From positions 2,400,001-2,464,000 of the forward strand of contig CAXXLZ010000002.1 of assembly GCA_963675595.2 (NCBI GenBank): a DNA stretch of 64,000 nucleotides. Direction: 5' to 3'. Made by a program: the position numbers and the translations under genes. Source of the stretch: Thermodesulfobacteriota bacterium (GTDB taxonomy: Bacteria; Desulfobacterota; Desulfarculia; JACQYL01). The notes beneath the pieces were generated by a model that had not been told where the DNA came from, searched no databases, and worked only from the letters and a program-made list of their open reading frames with translations. Below, piece by piece: positions 40,026 to 50,269 of the stretch (the stretch's first letter is position 1; the number at the start of each line of letters is the position of its first letter).

Positions 40026-41600
40026 TCACATGGGATAATCCGGATCGACCACGGGCGCGATGGACTCGAAAAAGTCGCATTCCTTATCCGCAAGTCCTTG
40101 GATCAGGTCGTAGTCTCCAGGGCCGTTGATCCTGAGAATCAACTCTTGACCAACCTCATAATTGGGCCAGTCGGGTACTCCTTCGGCCGCAGGAACCCCC
40201 GTATAGGCAAAGGACGTCCACAATTCCATGAGCTTGCTGGAGAGCAGCGTGTCCTCAGGGCCGTACCCCTCATTCGGGTCCAGATTCCCAAATACGTACG
40301 CCAGTTCCGAACCATGGAAGCAGCCCAGGTAAAAACCGGCTTCCGTGGGGGGAACGTGCCTATAGTAGTAACGATACACGGGCACGGAACCCGAGGCTCC
40401 CCGCGCCGTGCGCCGCACCGGCTCCTGAAATCCGGCCGATCCTTGAACAACCGCCGCCTGGTAAACCGCTTCGTCGTCGTTGGAGGCGGGGTACCGCTCC
40501 CACACCAGTCCCGCATTCTCCCCGAAATATGCTTCCAAGGCCTGTTCGTAGTCGGTCAGGGTTTCGATACCCAACTCATAGATGAACAATGTACCTTCAT
40601 CCATGACGGACCCGATCATCATGGGAGCATGGGCGGGTTCGGAAACAGTACGCCCGGGGTCGTCGCTCAAAATGATGCCGTCCATGACCGGCCCGAAAGG
40701 CAATTGATTCGCCTTGGCGATTCGGATGATTTCATCGGCGGGAATTGCCGTCATGTCATCGACGTCGGCCGCTCCCAGAGCTTCCTGAAGCAGGCGGCCA
40801 TAGCCGGCGGCCTCTTCCCAGGATCCGGTCAGATTCAAGACATATTTCGTGGAGGCCACGGTTCCGCTCTGGGCGATGGCACGATGGAACAACCCCTCGG
40901 CCGGCTCGGCGTTTTGGAGCAAGGTCACGCTGCACGCGCCTGAGGATTCCCCAAAAATGGTCACATTGTCGGGGTTGCCCCCGAAAGAAGCAATATTGCC
41001 CCGCACCCACCGCAACGCCGCAATGATGTCGAAAAGGCCGTAATTGCCCGCTTGTCCCCGACGATCGTACAACTCTTCATGAACCAGGAACCCCAGAGGT
41101 CCCAACCGATGGTTGACGCTCACCACCACGACCCCTTTCGCGGCCAGGGCGGCTCCGTTATATAGGCTTTGAGAAGCCGACCCGCCCATATACCCGCCTC
41201 CGTGAATCCAGAACATGACCGGCAAGGAACCCGTTTTCGACGCCTCCGGGGTCCAGATGTTCAGGTACAGACAATCTTCGTCGCATTCCGTCAAGCCGTA
41301 GAGTTCGTCCCCTGTGAGGTCCTGGGGGCAGGCCGGGCTCAGGTGATCGGCTTTGAAGACGCCTTCCCAAGGAGTCTCTTCCACGGGCAGCCGCCAGCGA
41401 AGGTCTCCCACTGGAGGCGCCGCGTAGGGAATGCCCAAGAAGGCTTGAACACCGTTATCCTCAATGCCGGATACTCGCCCGGATCGTGTCTGCACTACGG
41501 ATGCGGCTCCGTCATCCACCGAGTTCCCGCAACCGATCAACCCGAGAAACAAGACCAGGATCAATATGCCCACAAGACAATTCGCTTTTCCGGAAATCAT
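40026..41600 (-). CDS. Type-B carboxylesterase, probable lipoprotein
   Basis: Lipobox LIGC; FLGIPYAAPPVG, EDCLYLN, WIHGGG, FGESSG, FHGSEL. Confidence 0.92.
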   Translation of the reverse strand: MISGKANCLVGILILVLFLGLIGCGNSVDDGAASVVQTRSGRVSGIEDNGVQAFLGIPYAAPPVGDLRWRLPVEETPWEGVFKADHLSPACPQDLTGDELYGLTECDEDCLYLNIWTPEASKTGSLPVMFWIHGGGYMGGSASQSLYNGAALAAKGVVVVSVNHRLGPLGFLVHEELYDRRGQAGNYGLFDIIAALRWVRGNIASFGGNPDNVTIFGESSGACSVTLLQNAEPAEGLFHRAIAQSGTVASTKYVLNLTGSWEEAAGYGRLLQEALGAADVDDMTAIPADEIIRIAKANQLPFGPVMDGIILSDDPGRTVSEPAHAPMMIGSVMDEGTLFIYELGIETLTDYEQALEAYFGENAGLVWERYPASNDDEAVYQAAVVQGSAGFQEPVRRTARGASGSVPVYRYYYRHVPPTEAGFYLGCFHGSELAYVFGNLDPNEGYGPEDTLLSSKLMELWTSFAYTGVPAAEGVPDWPNYEVGQELILRINGPGDYDLIQGLADKECDFFESIAPVVDPDYPM

Positions 41601-41820
41601 GGCAGCCCTTTCGTTGCACCGGCGAGATCGGCTCGCCGAGATTTCGAACCCACGTTATCGAATACCTCCACCACGAGTCTTACGCAAACATGGAATGAAC
41701 AGAGCATCGAATTTGCCGTAGGCATGGACCGGAATCGCACAATCATGAGGATTCGGTCGGACGAGCAAAACACCGCGCTTCCTAACCGATCCGGAAGACC
41801 TTCCGTCTTACCGGAGCGGC

Positions 41821-41958
41821 AAAAGCGCAACTTGTGACGTTGCGCTTCATCTTGCGTCGCTGTGGCGTGCTTCCAGGTTTGCCTTGTACTCCTCGGGATT
41901 CCCGCGCCCTGGATATCATCGGCTTTCATCAGTCCGCCGCAATCGGACTTTTTCAACG
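41821..41958. repeat. Degenerate second copy (inverted) of the ~140-bp element at 11148-11289
   Basis: Aligns by eye end to end with the reverse complement of copy 1, including the terminal TTTTTCAACG. Confidence 0.7.
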
Positions 41959-41963
41959 AACGA

Positions 41964-42788
41964 TTATCGTTCTCCCTTTCGTATGGATAGAAGGGCGTCC
42001 CGGAATCGGCGTGTCACCCACTGCTTGCCGTCGCGATGGAAAATGCGCTCCGCCGTTTCTAGATGCTCCCTCAGGAGATCGACCTGTTCCTCGGTAAAAC
42101 CCTGCGCGTACCGAAACATTTTCAACTGAAGTTCCAGAGGCAACTCGAAATCGCGCGTGAAGACTTCGAGCTCCGCAGGCATGTCCAGTTCATTCAGCAC
42201 CCCCAGCAAGGTAGCCAATTCCGGCATGGATCCGCCTTCCCCTCGGATCTCGCGCATGGGCTTCTGAAGATCATGACTTTCCAGATGAACCAGGAACAAA
42301 CCGTCCCGGGCCACCTCGTACATCTTACGGAGCGAAGATGAAATATCCTCCATGAACAGACAATAGCTCGCGATCACCACGTCATGAAGACCGATATCAC
42401 GGACGTGGATTTCCTCCCACGTCTTCGGGATCATGGTGACGTTGTCGATGCCTTTGTTTCGGACAACAGTGGTGAGCCGTGCGATCTGTGCCGACGAGGG
42501 CTCCAGCGCCGTGACCCATCGACACTTCTGCGCGAGAGGAATCGATATGCACCCGCTTCCCGCTCCGATGTCCAGCACCGTCGTTTCGGGCCCGATCCCG
42601 GCGAGGATGGGTTCAAACAGCGCCCCCGGGTAGTTTACGTATTTCTCGTATTCCTCCCACAGATCAAATCCGTCCCAAAACGCCTTGGAACCGGGATCGC
42701 GCCTCTCTCCCGCTTGCCGGCGCCATGTTCGAATTCCCTCATCCCAGACCCGGGTGAAACTCGTCGCTTCTCCTGAATTCGCGTTCAA
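41964..42788 (-). CDS. Class I SAM-dependent methyltransferase
   Basis: VLDIGAGSG, ALEPS, DVVIAS. Confidence 0.88.
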   Translation of the reverse strand: MNANSGEATSFTRVWDEGIRTWRRQAGERRDPGSKAFWDGFDLWEEYEKYVNYPGALFEPILAGIGPETTVLDIGAGSGCISIPLAQKCRWVTALEPSSAQIARLTTVVRNKGIDNVTMIPKTWEEIHVRDIGLHDVVIASYCLFMEDISSSLRKMYEVARDGLFLVHLESHDLQKPMREIRGEGGSMPELATLLGVLNELDMPAELEVFTRDFELPLELQLKMFRYAQGFTEEQVDLLREHLETAERIFHRDGKQWVTRRFRDALLSIRKGER

Positions 42789-43492
42789 CCGGAAACCTCC
42801 CTTTCCATGGAAAACTCCCTCAAGATGCCGTCTTCAAGCGCTAGCGCTCGATCGCTGAACAGCCGAACCAGTCGATGGTCGTGACTCACGAAAATATAGC
42901 TGATACCCGTTGCCCGCTGAATTTCCTTCAACAGATGCAAAATCCTGGCTTGTGTGACGGTGTCGAGCATACTGGTGGGTTCGTCCAGAATCAAGAGCCG
43001 CGGCTTGGAAGCCAGAGCCCGTCCGATGGCCAGTCGCTGGAGCTCTCCGCCGCTCAGGCAGTCCGGTCGGCGCTCCAGCACATCGATCCCCAGCTCCACC
43101 TGGGCCGGCATTTGTTCCAAAAATTCCTCGGACACCGGAATCCCGTGCAGGCGAAAAGGTTCGAGGAGGCTTCGCCTCATCTTCCACCGTGGATTGAAAG
43201 CCGTTTCAGGATGTTGCCAAACGATCTGGATACGACTTCGTAGAGGCTTCCAAGCCTTGCGGTTGCCGCTTCGAATGCTCACCCCCTGAAAGACGATCTC
43301 CCCGGCATCGAAATCCATGAGCCCGCACAGGATAAGCGCCAGGGTGGTCTTGCCCCGGCCGCTGGACCCCACTATGCCCACGGTCTCGCCCCGCGCCACG
43401 GACAAGTCCGCTCCCTTCAAGACAGGTAAGGCTCGCCTTTTCCACCAATTCACGGAGAACGATTTGTGTAGGTTACGAGCTTGTAGAACCAT
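42785..43492 (-). CDS. Dpp/Nik-type ABC transporter ATPase
   Basis: GSSGRGKTT, LSGGELQR, ILDEPTSMLD. Confidence 0.9.
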   Translation of the reverse strand: MVLQARNLHKSFSVNWWKRRALPVLKGADLSVARGETVGIVGSSGRGKTTLALILCGLMDFDAGEIVFQGVSIRSGNRKAWKPLRSRIQIVWQHPETAFNPRWKMRRSLLEPFRLHGIPVSEEFLEQMPAQVELGIDVLERRPDCLSGGELQRLAIGRALASKPRLLILDEPTSMLDTVTQARILHLLKEIQRATGISYIFVSHDHRLVRLFSDRALALEDGILREFSMEREVSG

Positions 43493-45281
43493 ACCGCCAA
43501 CACCGAATGAGACGTCCGGAACGTTCCACCAGGGGCGGCACGGACGAACAAAGAGAAAACGCCTCGTCGCACCACGGGAGGAACGGACAGGCAGCCCCAT
43601 GGTTCTCCTCTTCGAAGGAACGCATTCGCATCGGAACCTTGAGCCCCCGTTCGGGCTGAGCCTCCAGCAGCGCCTTGGAATAGGGATGCAACGGACCCGC
43701 GAAGAACGTTTCTTTGGGAGCCGACTCCACAATTCTCGACGCATACAGGACCGCCACATGATCCGCGAACCGCTCGGCGAATTCGAGATCGTGGGTCACC
43801 AACAGTATGGTCTGAGTGTCCAACCGCGCCAGGCTGCGAAAAACCTCCTCTCTGCCGGCCGGGTCCAGCCCTTTGGTGGGTTCATCGACCAGAAAGAAGC
43901 CGGACCCGCAAGCCAGGGCCGTCCCCAGCAAAGCACGCTGCATCATCCCTCCGCTATATCGATGAGGATAATCCTTCGCTCGTTTTTCCGGGTTTTCGAT
44001 ACCCATGGCTCGGAGCAATGAAACGGCTTCGTCGAACGCCTCCCTTCGGCCCATGCCTCGATGGATCCTTGCCGACTCGGCGATCTGAAAGCCCACGGAA
44101 AGCATGGGGTTCATCGCGTTGCCCGCTCCCTGAGGAACATAGGCGAGCTCTCTGCCTCTCAACCTCGCCATTTCCTTCTCGGAGAGGCCGAATAGATTGG
44201 TCCCTCGATAATAGACCCTTCCGTGAAAGGAAGCGTTTTCGGGCAGCAGCCTCAACAAGGCCATGAGCAGAACACTCTTCCCGCTTCCAGTATGGCCCAC
44301 CAAGGCCAACCGGCCACCCTCCGGCAATCGGAAGTCGACGTCGGCCAGCGCATGATGGTTCCCGCCTTCTGCGTCCGAGAAATCCACCGTGACGTGTTCG
44401 ACGGACAGGAACTCTCTCTGTGGCGCGGAAACGGATTCCGGAGAAGGCAAAGGAGTCCTTCCATGCTGCGCAGTCGGAGCGGAACGGATGTCCGTCACAC
44501 TCTGTCCCACGAACAGCACCGCGGAAACGGATACTGAAATGCAGACCACCGGAGGCAGATACCACCAATAGGCTCCATTTACCAAGGCCCCGCCCGTGAA
44601 GGCCTCATGAATCATGGTTCCCCAGCTCATCGCGGCGGGATCCGTCAATCCCAGAAAGCTCACTCCCGCCTCGGCCGTCATGGCCGCCGCTGCGGTCAGC
44701 ATGGCTTTGGCGAGGACCACTTCGGAAATATTGGGAAGAATGTGACGTATCATGGTGTACAAAGGCCCCGCTCCGAGAGCCCTCGCCGCCCGAACGAAAC
44801 CGGTTTCGCGCATTGAGAGCGTCACGGATCGAACAATACGGGCGGTGCTCGCCCACGACGTGGCCGCCAGAACCACGATGATGCCCACCGGCCCCGGATT
44901 CAGGTATGCCGCCAACAAGAACAGCAGAGGCAGCCTGGGAAGCACGAGAAACAGATCGGTCAGTCGCATCAGGGCCTCATCGACGGCCCCTCTTCGGTAT
45001 CCCGCCGCCAGGCCCACCAACGTACCCAAACAAGTCGCCGAGAAGGCCGCACCCAGGCCCACGGTCAATGAAGTGCGGGCGGAGAAGATCAGAACGCTCA
45101 GAATATCCCGTCCGATGGAGTCGGTCCCCAACGGATGGCTCAAGACGGGCTTTCCATAAGGATCATGGAGCGCATCCCGATCATAGGGCGCGAAGAACCC
45201 GGGCAGGAGGGCCGTCAAGAAGAGAACGGCCAACAAAGCGGACGCTGCTTTCGTCGTTTTCCGATCAGATGAACGTAACAC
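43473..45281 (-). CDS. Fused DppC-type permease plus DppD-type ATPase
   Basis: HPLGTDSIGRD, ARALGA permease part; GHTGSGKS, YSGGMMQR, DEPT and a Cys-rich C-terminus. Confidence 0.88.
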   Translation of the reverse strand: MLRSSDRKTTKAASALLAVLFLTALLPGFFAPYDRDALHDPYGKPVLSHPLGTDSIGRDILSVLIFSARTSLTVGLGAAFSATCLGTLVGLAAGYRRGAVDEALMRLTDLFLVLPRLPLLFLLAAYLNPGPVGIIVVLAATSWASTARIVRSVTLSMRETGFVRAARALGAGPLYTMIRHILPNISEVVLAKAMLTAAAAMTAEAGVSFLGLTDPAAMSWGTMIHEAFTGGALVNGAYWWYLPPVVCISVSVSAVLFVGQSVTDIRSAPTAQHGRTPLPSPESVSAPQREFLSVEHVTVDFSDAEGGNHHALADVDFRLPEGGRLALVGHTGSGKSVLLMALLRLLPENASFHGRVYYRGTNLFGLSEKEMARLRGRELAYVPQGAGNAMNPMLSVGFQIAESARIHRGMGRREAFDEAVSLLRAMGIENPEKRAKDYPHRYSGGMMQRALLGTALACGSGFFLVDEPTKGLDPAGREEVFRSLARLDTQTILLVTHDLEFAERFADHVAVLYASRIVESAPKETFFAGPLHPYSKALLEAQPERGLKVPMRMRSFEEENHGAACPFLPWCDEAFSLCSSVPPLVERSGRLIRCWRYGSTSS

Positions 45282-46257
45282 CGTCCCTTACCCGGGGGTC
45301 TACGAGTGAATAGAGAACATCGGCGGCGGCGTTCACCGGAACCACGCACAAGGAAGCCATGACCAGGCATCCCGACAGCAGAGGATAATCCCGCAGCCGT
45401 ACGGCTTCATAGATGAGAGACCCCATTCCCTGCCATGAAAACACCACTTCCACCAGCAGCGTCCCGCTGAAAATCGCTCCGAACTGCATGGCGAAAGCGG
45501 TGATGAACGGAAGCGACGCGTTGATGAGTACATGCCGGAACAGGATGTACCGATCGGTGAAACCTCGAGCCTTGAGATTGGACACAAAGTTTTCGGCGCA
45601 AACCAAGCGCACCGAATTGCGCATGATCATGTAATGGTAGGCGGCGGCATGAAGAGCGACCACGGAGAGCGGCAGGATCCCGTGCTGCAGAAGGCCCCAT
45701 ACACCGCCGTCCCCACTTCGGGCCCCACCGGTCATTCCCCGAAGAGGCGCCATGTCGGCGTAAAAGGCGAAAAAAAGAAGAAACAGAAATGCCAGGCAGT
45801 ACACGGGTATGGAGTAGACGGCCATAAGAACCGGAGTCAACACCCGGTCGAACCGGGTTCCTCCACGCATGCCCGAAAGAGCCCCCAGCAGGCCCCCCAC
45901 GGGACCGGAGACGCAAAGGGCGGGCAACAGAAGCAGCAGCGTCCATTTGAGCCTGTAAAGGATCACGTCAAGCACGGGTCGATTATACTGGTACGACCAG
46001 CCCAGGTCTCCCACGGCCAGATTTCGGAGATAACCGACATACTGCGCCAAGGTGGAATCATCCAGACCGTATTTAGCTCTGAGCTCCTCCAGTTGCTGAG
46101 GGTTTCGCGCCCGGATCCGTCCGTAGTTGTCCTCTCCCAACAGGTGAATCAGAGGGTCTCCGGGCATCGAATGAACGAGAAAGAAGTTCAATGTGATAAT
46201 GCAAAGTATCGCCGGAAGGTATCGGGAAACCTTGCCCCAGGGAAACGACGACGGCAT
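45265..46257 (-). CDS. DppB/NikB-type ABC permease
   Basis: MPGDP, GDLGWS, VEVVFSWQGMG, RDYPLL, DPRVR. Confidence 0.9.
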   Translation of the reverse strand: MPSSFPWGKVSRYLPAILCIITLNFFLVHSMPGDPLIHLLGEDNYGRIRARNPQQLEELRAKYGLDDSTLAQYVGYLRNLAVGDLGWSYQYNRPVLDVILYRLKWTLLLLLPALCVSGPVGGLLGALSGMRGGTRFDRVLTPVLMAVYSIPVYCLAFLFLLFFAFYADMAPLRGMTGGARSGDGGVWGLLQHGILPLSVVALHAAAYHYMIMRNSVRLVCAENFVSNLKARGFTDRYILFRHVLINASLPFITAFAMQFGAIFSGTLLVEVVFSWQGMGSLIYEAVRLRDYPLLSGCLVMASLCVVPVNAAADVLYSLVDPRVRDGVTFI

Positions 46258-47940
46258 CTATTTTTCGTCCTTTGTTCCCGAACCCGTCCGTCTGAGGGTC
46301 TTCCAGGAAAAGGTGTTGGCCAAGCCGCCCTCCAGATGATTCATCTGGAACCCTTGCCATCCGGCCGAATAGGGGAAAAAGCTCTTCCCCCAACAGAGAG
46401 CCGTGGCGGGAAGTTTCCGAGCGTACCAGGCCTGAAGTTCCCCATACAGGTCCTTCCGTAAATCGGGGCGAGTTTCCGCCAATACGGCGTCACACAGTTT
46501 GAACAACTCGGGGTCATGAAGCCTGCAGATATTGAGACTGCCTTTTTCTCTCGAATCGAAATATCCGGTTCCGTACCCGGCGTGCATCATCATACCCCAA
46601 GGTGTGGTCCTGAAAAGCACCAGATCATAGCGCCCTCCTTCAAGGAAGGCCTGCCACGCGGCAAGGTCCACACATTGGACGTTCAGGCGTATGCCGACCT
46701 GTCCAAAATCGTGGGCGAGCAGCTTCACAAGTCGGCTGTCCCCCCACAAATCCGATCGAGCCAGCAGAGTCAGAGAGACCGCTTCACCGTGAGAGTCCTC
46801 GATATAGCCGTCCCCGTCCCGATCCTCCAAACCTTCTTCAGTCAACATTCGCCTGCTCTCCTCCACATCCCGCTCCCACGAAGGAAAACGGACGTGGGAG
46901 GCCAGTGACGGCGGAATCAGACCGGGACCGGGTACGGTGCCCTTGCCGTCCATCAAGCATTGGTTCACTCGTCCGTAGTCCACGGCAAGCGCCAGAGCCT
47001 TGCGGACTAAGAAACGTCGGAGAAGAGGCCGCTCGAAATTGAAGCCCAGGAGGGCCGGTATGCCCAGGGAATCCGCTTCGACGAAATTGATTCCCGGGCG
47101 GTCCCTCAAGGATTGCATATGAGGAGCTGGAATGCCCGAGGCATAATTATAGAGCACGTCGACTCCGCCTTTTTTCAAGGCCAAAGCCAACACGTCCATC
47201 GTGCCGAACAGATGGAATTCCACCACATCCACTCGGGGCGTACCTCCGTGATATTGTCGATTGCCTCGGAAGCGGATCGTGCCGGAAGTGGGCTCAAACT
47301 CCTCTAATACGTACGGGCCGCTGCCCACGGCCATGTCTTTGGCCGGCTCTTTGTAAGGATCGCCGATCTTCTCCCAGATGTGGCGCGGGAGAATGCGGAT
47401 CACGAAACCCGCGTTGACGGGGAAGAGACTGCAGGGACGTTTCAAATGGAAAATCACCTCACGATCCACAAGGTCGATGCGATCGATGAGGTCCACGATC
47501 CACTGCGAAGGCAAATTGTACGCTGCGATATACTCAAAGGTGAATCGAACGTCGTCGGGCGTGACCGGCAGACCGTCATGCCACTTCGCACCGTCGGCAA
47601 GTCGGAAGGTCCAGACCAGACCTGCGGCATCGGAGCCGAACTCGGATGCCAGACAAGGCACGGGCTGCAACTCAGAGTCGAATCGAACCAGCGACTCATG
47701 GGTCATGAGCATGGCCAAAAGACTATAATAGTAGTCCGTGACCGGGTTCGGTTGTTTGATGTGCATGGTGGTTCCGACGCGGAACGGATGGTCCGCGTCG
47801 GCCGTTTCGCCCGCGCCTTCACGGGTGCAGGCCATGGCGCAAATAAACGACAAGAGGCATCCCACGGCGAGGATCGTGGGCAGGATCCGGGCGGAAACAA
47901 TGGCCCGGCGCGAGATTCCATGGACAGCCGGTTTCAACAT
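46258..47940 (-). CDS. Family-5 ABC substrate-binding protein
   Basis: WHDGLPVTPDDVRFT, VGSGPY, VRKALALAVD; possible lipobox. Confidence 0.9.
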   Translation of the reverse strand: MLKPAVHGISRRAIVSARILPTILAVGCLLSFICAMACTREGAGETADADHPFRVGTTMHIKQPNPVTDYYYSLLAMLMTHESLVRFDSELQPVPCLASEFGSDAAGLVWTFRLADGAKWHDGLPVTPDDVRFTFEYIAAYNLPSQWIVDLIDRIDLVDREVIFHLKRPCSLFPVNAGFVIRILPRHIWEKIGDPYKEPAKDMAVGSGPYVLEEFEPTSGTIRFRGNRQYHGGTPRVDVVEFHLFGTMDVLALALKKGGVDVLYNYASGIPAPHMQSLRDRPGINFVEADSLGIPALLGFNFERPLLRRFLVRKALALAVDYGRVNQCLMDGKGTVPGPGLIPPSLASHVRFPSWERDVEESRRMLTEEGLEDRDGDGYIEDSHGEAVSLTLLARSDLWGDSRLVKLLAHDFGQVGIRLNVQCVDLAAWQAFLEGGRYDLVLFRTTPWGMMMHAGYGTGYFDSREKGSLNICRLHDPELFKLCDAVLAETRPDLRKDLYGELQAWYARKLPATALCWGKSFFPYSAGWQGFQMNHLEGGLANTFSWKTLRRTGSGTKDEK

Positions 47941-48099
47941 GACACCGATTCTTGAAAACCTGCGTCCGACAAAATACAGCCGGCGGGCGCAGAGAAGGAG
48001 TCCGCGAGTGTCCCTCTACGTGACACACTCCTCGACGAGGGACGGGGGAAGGCCGCCTTCGGCGGGCTTCCCCCCCCAAAAAAAGATCTCGTGAAAACG

Positions 48100-48134
48100 G
48101 TGTTCGGCGCCGCGGCCAACGCGGCGCCGAACAC
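48100..48134 (-). terminator. 15-bp perfect hairpin just after the TonB receptor stop
   Basis: GTGTTCGGCGCCGCG-gccaa-CGCGGCGCCGAACAC; followed by CGTTTT on the minus strand. Confidence 0.55.
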
Positions 48135-48152
48135 ACGGTACGCTGAAAAGCA

Positions 48153-50162
48153 TCAGAACTTGATACTGATTTCACCGAAGAAGACCCGACCGGGGTCCTC
48201 ATAAATATAGAAGGTTCGGTATGTCTCCTCGAACAGGTTATCCACGCTGAAGGACGCGTCGATCCGTTGGATGGGACCCCAGTTGACCAGGAAATGCTTG
48301 GTTGCCTTCAAGTCCACTACGAAGGAGGACTTCATGAAGCGCTCCTCGCCGGAACCAGTATACTCGAGATTGTCTTCGTTGGTCTGCTGTCTGCTCAGAT
48401 ATCTGCCGAACGCACTTACGGTGAAGTTTTCGGGCCAGGCATAGGTGACGCCCAGATTGGCTTTGTGCTTCGGGCAGAAAGGCAGTTCGTTGCCTTCTTG
48501 GGACGGGTCCGCTTCGTTCTCGTCAATTTCAACGGGATTATAAGTATAATTGGCGTTGATGGTCCAATTCTCCGTCATACGCAAAAGGAAATCCAACTCC
48601 ACTCCGTAGGATTGGGTGCGTCCGATGTTGTTGTTCATCCAGATGTTGTCCGGGCTGAACCACGAAATGATCTTGTCTTCCGTGAAACTGTAAAAGCCCA
48701 CCGCTCGAGTTCGGAGCATGTCTCCAACAAACCAACGCTCCAAACCCAGCTCCCAGGAATGCGTCTTTTCCGGCTTCAGATCCGGGTTGGGCACTCTTGG
48801 GTTGCCGCCCGAGGTGCGGTCGTCATAGAGCTGTTCGGGAGTAGGCGCGATGAAGCCCATGGCGTAGTTCGCCCATATGGACGTCGCGTCGTTGAAGGAA
48901 TACTTGACGCCCACCTTGGGGCTCCAATTTTCGTCCGTCCGGTTGTCCGGATGTGTGTCCTCGAAATTATAGAACGTGTTGTCGTAGTTCTTCCACTGGT
49001 CGAATCGAACACCGGCGGTGAAGGTCAAATCATCGAGAGGCTTCCACACATCCTGCAGATACCCCGCCAGGGTTCGTATTTTGTACTTGTTGGTTCCGAT
49101 GGCGGAACCCTCCGCATCCTTGAACTCCTGCTCGCTGTCCTGATGGTTCATAAAGAACCCCGCGGTCGCCGTGTTTCCCCATCCCACGTCGGCCGTGACC
49201 TGAAGCTCCAGCGGAATCTCGCTATAATCCGTATAACGTTTCTGCCGGAGTTCGTAATTGGTGCCTCCTTTATCATACCAGTGTATCAGATCATCATAAC
49301 GATAGCCCACATACCCCTTGAACAAAACACGGTCGCCGAGGGGCTGATCGAGGGTCAGGGTGGTCAGGTATCGGTCCCAGTCGCCTCTCACGTTCGGACG
49401 ACCACGGGTGTAGTAGTCATGGAAGTAATTGAACAGAAGCGATACCTTGCCCTCGGTGGGAAGATCGTAGGATCCCGTGATGGAAGCGCCGTCCTTCTCG
49501 TATGAGCAATCCTGAATCATGGTGATGCTCTCGTTCACGTGGTTTTCCACGATGTTCGTGCCGTCGGATTTCTCTTTGTAAGCCGCCGCGGCATAATGAA
49601 AATTACCGGCGCTCCCGCTTGCCGCGCCGTTACCTCGCACGGTGTTGAAGCTTCCATATCCGCCCGTGGCGGTGGCTTCGAATTTTTCTCCGCCTTCCTT
49701 GGTGATGATGTTCACCACGCCGCCGATGGCGTTGGCGCCGTAAAGAGCCGAAGCGGGACCGCGCAAGATCTCTACCCGTTCAATATTGTCCACGGGAATG
49801 GCCTGGGATATCTCCCAGTTGGTGGGAACGCCGTTGACCAGGACCACGGTTCCGTCGCTCGTTCCTCCTCGAATGTTGAGATAGGCCGGAAAAGGCGCGT
49901 AGGCTCTTCGTAGGGTGATGCCGGCCACGGAGCGCAGGGCGTCCGCCACATCGTTGTTGGGAAAGTTCTGTGCCTCAAGGTCTTCCCTCTTGATCACAGT
50001 AACGGAGGCGGGGACTTCTTTGGTGGAAGTCTCATACTTGGTTGCGGTAACGAAGACTTCATCCAGTCGATGCGCGGTTTGGGGTTGGTCTTCCGCAAAA
50101 GCGGCAGCCGAAAACGCCGCTACGACGGCAGTCAGGAAAACGATCAGCTTGACGGTTCTCAT
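48153..50162 (-). CDS. TonB-dependent outer-membrane receptor
   Basis: Signal peptide, DEVFVTA TonB box, ERVEILRGPASALYGANAIGGVVNIITK plug, NPDLKPE, C-terminal Phe. Confidence 0.95.
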   Translation of the reverse strand: MRTVKLIVFLTAVVAAFSAAAFAEDQPQTAHRLDEVFVTATKYETSTKEVPASVTVIKREDLEAQNFPNNDVADALRSVAGITLRRAYAPFPAYLNIRGGTSDGTVVLVNGVPTNWEISQAIPVDNIERVEILRGPASALYGANAIGGVVNIITKEGGEKFEATATGGYGSFNTVRGNGAASGSAGNFHYAAAAYKEKSDGTNIVENHVNESITMIQDCSYEKDGASITGSYDLPTEGKVSLLFNYFHDYYTRGRPNVRGDWDRYLTTLTLDQPLGDRVLFKGYVGYRYDDLIHWYDKGGTNYELRQKRYTDYSEIPLELQVTADVGWGNTATAGFFMNHQDSEQEFKDAEGSAIGTNKYKIRTLAGYLQDVWKPLDDLTFTAGVRFDQWKNYDNTFYNFEDTHPDNRTDENWSPKVGVKYSFNDATSIWANYAMGFIAPTPEQLYDDRTSGGNPRVPNPDLKPEKTHSWELGLERWFVGDMLRTRAVGFYSFTEDKIISWFSPDNIWMNNNIGRTQSYGVELDFLLRMTENWTINANYTYNPVEIDENEADPSQEGNELPFCPKHKANLGVTYAWPENFTVSAFGRYLSRQQTNEDNLEYTGSGEERFMKSSFVVDLKATKHFLVNWGPIQRIDASFSVDNLFEETYRTFYIYEDPGRVFFGEISIKF

Positions 50163-50212
50163 TTCTCTCCTCTCTTCTCCGTTTCAAGCGAATCCGCCGC
50201 AGCCCGGGTTTC

Positions 50213-50269
50213 AAAAAAAATAGGCCGCGAAGCGGCTCCCTATATGGAAGCGACGACCTTCGTGGCCTG
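50213..50269 (-). terminator. Intrinsic terminator about 50 nt upstream of the TonB receptor start
   Basis: Minus strand AGGCCACGAAG...CTTCGCGGCCTA followed by 8 T. Confidence 0.75.
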
